Assembly: GCA_964187785.1 (NCBI GenBank)
Contig: OZ076414.1
Location: 36,022,001 to 36,086,000 of the forward strand
Source: Amphiscolops sp. MND2022
Taxonomy: Eukaryota
Reading direction: 5' to 3'
Length of the DNA: 64,000 bases
Both the position numbers and the translations under genes were made by a program. Shown in pieces: positions 61,942-64,000 of the stretch (position 1 is the stretch's first letter; the number at the start of each line of letters is the position of its first letter). The notes beneath the pieces are model-generated. The model was not told the origin of the DNA, did no database searches, and was given only the letters and a program-made list of their open reading frames with translations.

Positions 61942-62679
61942 CACTTTCAGTTTGCAAGGTCATGTAAATTGACAGTATAAACAACCGAATGGTCCCGAAA
62001 ACCAATTTATTTAAAATCGAGAATCAATCAGGTTGTAAACAAATTGACAAACCTCTTTCTGCAAAATAAATAACCGAGATAAATAAATAAAATAAATAAA
62101 TAATAAGAAAACTCAAGAAGTGAGATGACTACCAAACTGGTTGAAATGAAAATAATTTACCAAGTTAAAGCAAAGAAACCACATTTAGGCAAGATATATA
62201 AAATCTTTTTTCCCTCCGAAAATGTTTCTGGAGTAGTTATGTACTTTTTGAATAAACAAAACAAGACGTTTTGCCTGTTTGTTTGATTGGAATGCTTATC
62301 AGTCGGAAACAAATAGGTTCTTTCGTTTCCCGTTTTTGGGATTCTTTCGAACTAATTAAAGAATACCGCTTAGTAAAATGAACTGATAAAGTTTTGCTTG
62401 GTGTTTGATGGAATTCGGTTTTTGCTTTACTCTCAAGAAGTGATAAAATGACGTAAAATGTCCTATCAGGTCGAGAGTTTTGACAATCAGGATTGAAATC
62501 TGAGTTACATACTGCTTGTATTTGTTATCGGTTATCTTCAGATTTTCCATTTTCTACTATTTTTGACATGACCTCGAAGTTTTTGCAATACGGATATACC
62601 AAGCTTCCTGTGAATACCGAATGAAAAACTGTGCAATATTTCTTTTCATGAATATTTCATCAATTTTACAGTGCCAAAA

Positions 62680-63230
62680 AATACCCGAAGGGATACGCAA
62701 GACTCGAAAATCACCTTTTCCCCAAATGGAAACAGCAAAAAAAAATCTCAAAAATATTCTCCGGTGAAAGGCATAGTCCCGAAAACTTTAAGGAGGGGAC
62801 CGTTTTTCTCAAAAATATTCTCCGGTGAATGAAAGTCCCGAAAACTTTAAGGAGGGGACCCTTTGGGGTTTTTAACATCCATTCTGTTGCAAAATATCCA
62901 AAAATTGAAGGGGGACCCTCTGAAGACATTTAAAAATTTTCAAAAATAGTTTCAAGGCCGAAAAAGAGAAGAAAATCTCATAGTGTTGGAAAAAGTGGAA
63001 AGGGGGACCCTTCTGCTTTGGAATGAATTTCTATTTCATGTTGGAGGCTTTGGATGCGTTCAAAATGAAGTACTAAGTACTTATGGTAAAATTGGATAAT
63101 GCAAATTAGAGAACCGGTCGAGTTGAACTGACGAAAAAAAACTAGCCTCTGTAAGCTCGTGCTTTTTCTTCGAAAACGCCGACTAAAAACACTTCGTAAC
63201 ACTAGTTTCTTAGAACCTATTAACTGTTAA
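62680..63230. repeat. Dispersed repeat with an internal gaaaactttaaggaggggacc direct repeat
   Basis: cccgaaaactttaaggaggggacc at ~62778 and ~62837; recurrent ggggaccc motifs. Confidence 0.55.
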
Positions 63231-64000
63231 GAACCAATTAAGTATCAATTAACTGTTTACTTTTTCGAACAACTTTTTGAAGCAAAAAACTTCAGCAAAC
63301 GATATGCAAAATTTTTCAACCTTTTTTTGTTCCAGAATCAAGGCATGAACTTTGATTTTATCAAGTTTGCAGGGTTTTTTGACAGAGTCTATCGAATTTC
63401 AAAACGTTTAACTGGTGAAAGAAGTTCTATAAACCTCAAAAGCCAACAATAGTAACATTGCCCCGAATTATAATAATTACTGCTGCATTGTAATCCTACA
63501 AAATGTTTCCATGTATGCACCCTGACTTTTCCATAATTTGTAAAGAAAATAGCATGCAGGTTTCCATGCTTCGGTCTCGAGTCGCTTCGGTCTCGATTTT
63601 GACATGTGAAAGTTCTCCAAAAAAGTATCAATTTGAATGATTCAAAGCAGCGTTCAAAATTGTTTTGAAACGTTTGGTGACAAATTTTTTAAATTTTGAG
63701 ACCTGGAAAAGTTTGATGCGTTCAATTTTCTTCGGGTGAGTGCTTTGAGATCTTCGAAGGCTGTCCCAGTGTTACCATAATGACTCCTGGCTATGTGTGT
63801 CAAAACATCGTAAAAAGCTCAAATGTCAATCTCACACTGAATGGTCCATTTTTCTCATCTCTGTTTGCTCATTTGTTCAACTTCAATTAATTTTCTGAGA
63901 AGCAGGAGAGCGTGAATTCCATTCTTGCACTAAACCAAAAATTTTTTTGCTTCCAAAAGTAGAGGGGAGACCAAATTGTCCACTCTTCGGGTTCTTTTCG

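Overview
AT-rich eukaryotic (invertebrate animal-like) genomic DNA made almost entirely of nested mobile elements. It has spliceosomal introns, some only about 31-33 nt, and one 200-N assembly gap at 42876-43075. From memory the repeat families resemble those of the acoel Symsagittifera roscoffensis, but that is an unverified inference. Left to right: a possible secreted-protein exon; a decayed Polinton/Maverick-like virus (protein-primed PolB plus a major-capsid C-terminus); a decayed multi-exon gene ending in a KDM2/KDM7-type JmjC demethylase domain; a 217-bp tandem array; a decayed intron-containing Transib/RAG1-like DDE transposase with a divergent Tudor-like ORF; and two diverged, decayed copies of a very large minus-strand Ty3/gypsy element (gag-PR-RT-RH-IN) with a class III (herpes gB/chuvirus/rhabdovirus G-like) env. 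An intact CR1/L2-type LINE has inserted into the env of copy 1. Its ORF1 and ORF2 are in frame and separated only by a UGA-CUA readthrough-type stop. There is also a near-identical 4.87-kb tandem duplication and an intronless trypsin-family gene with Asn in place of the catalytic Asp. All homology calls come from motif recognition by eye; no database searches were run, and most boundaries of decayed features are approximate.
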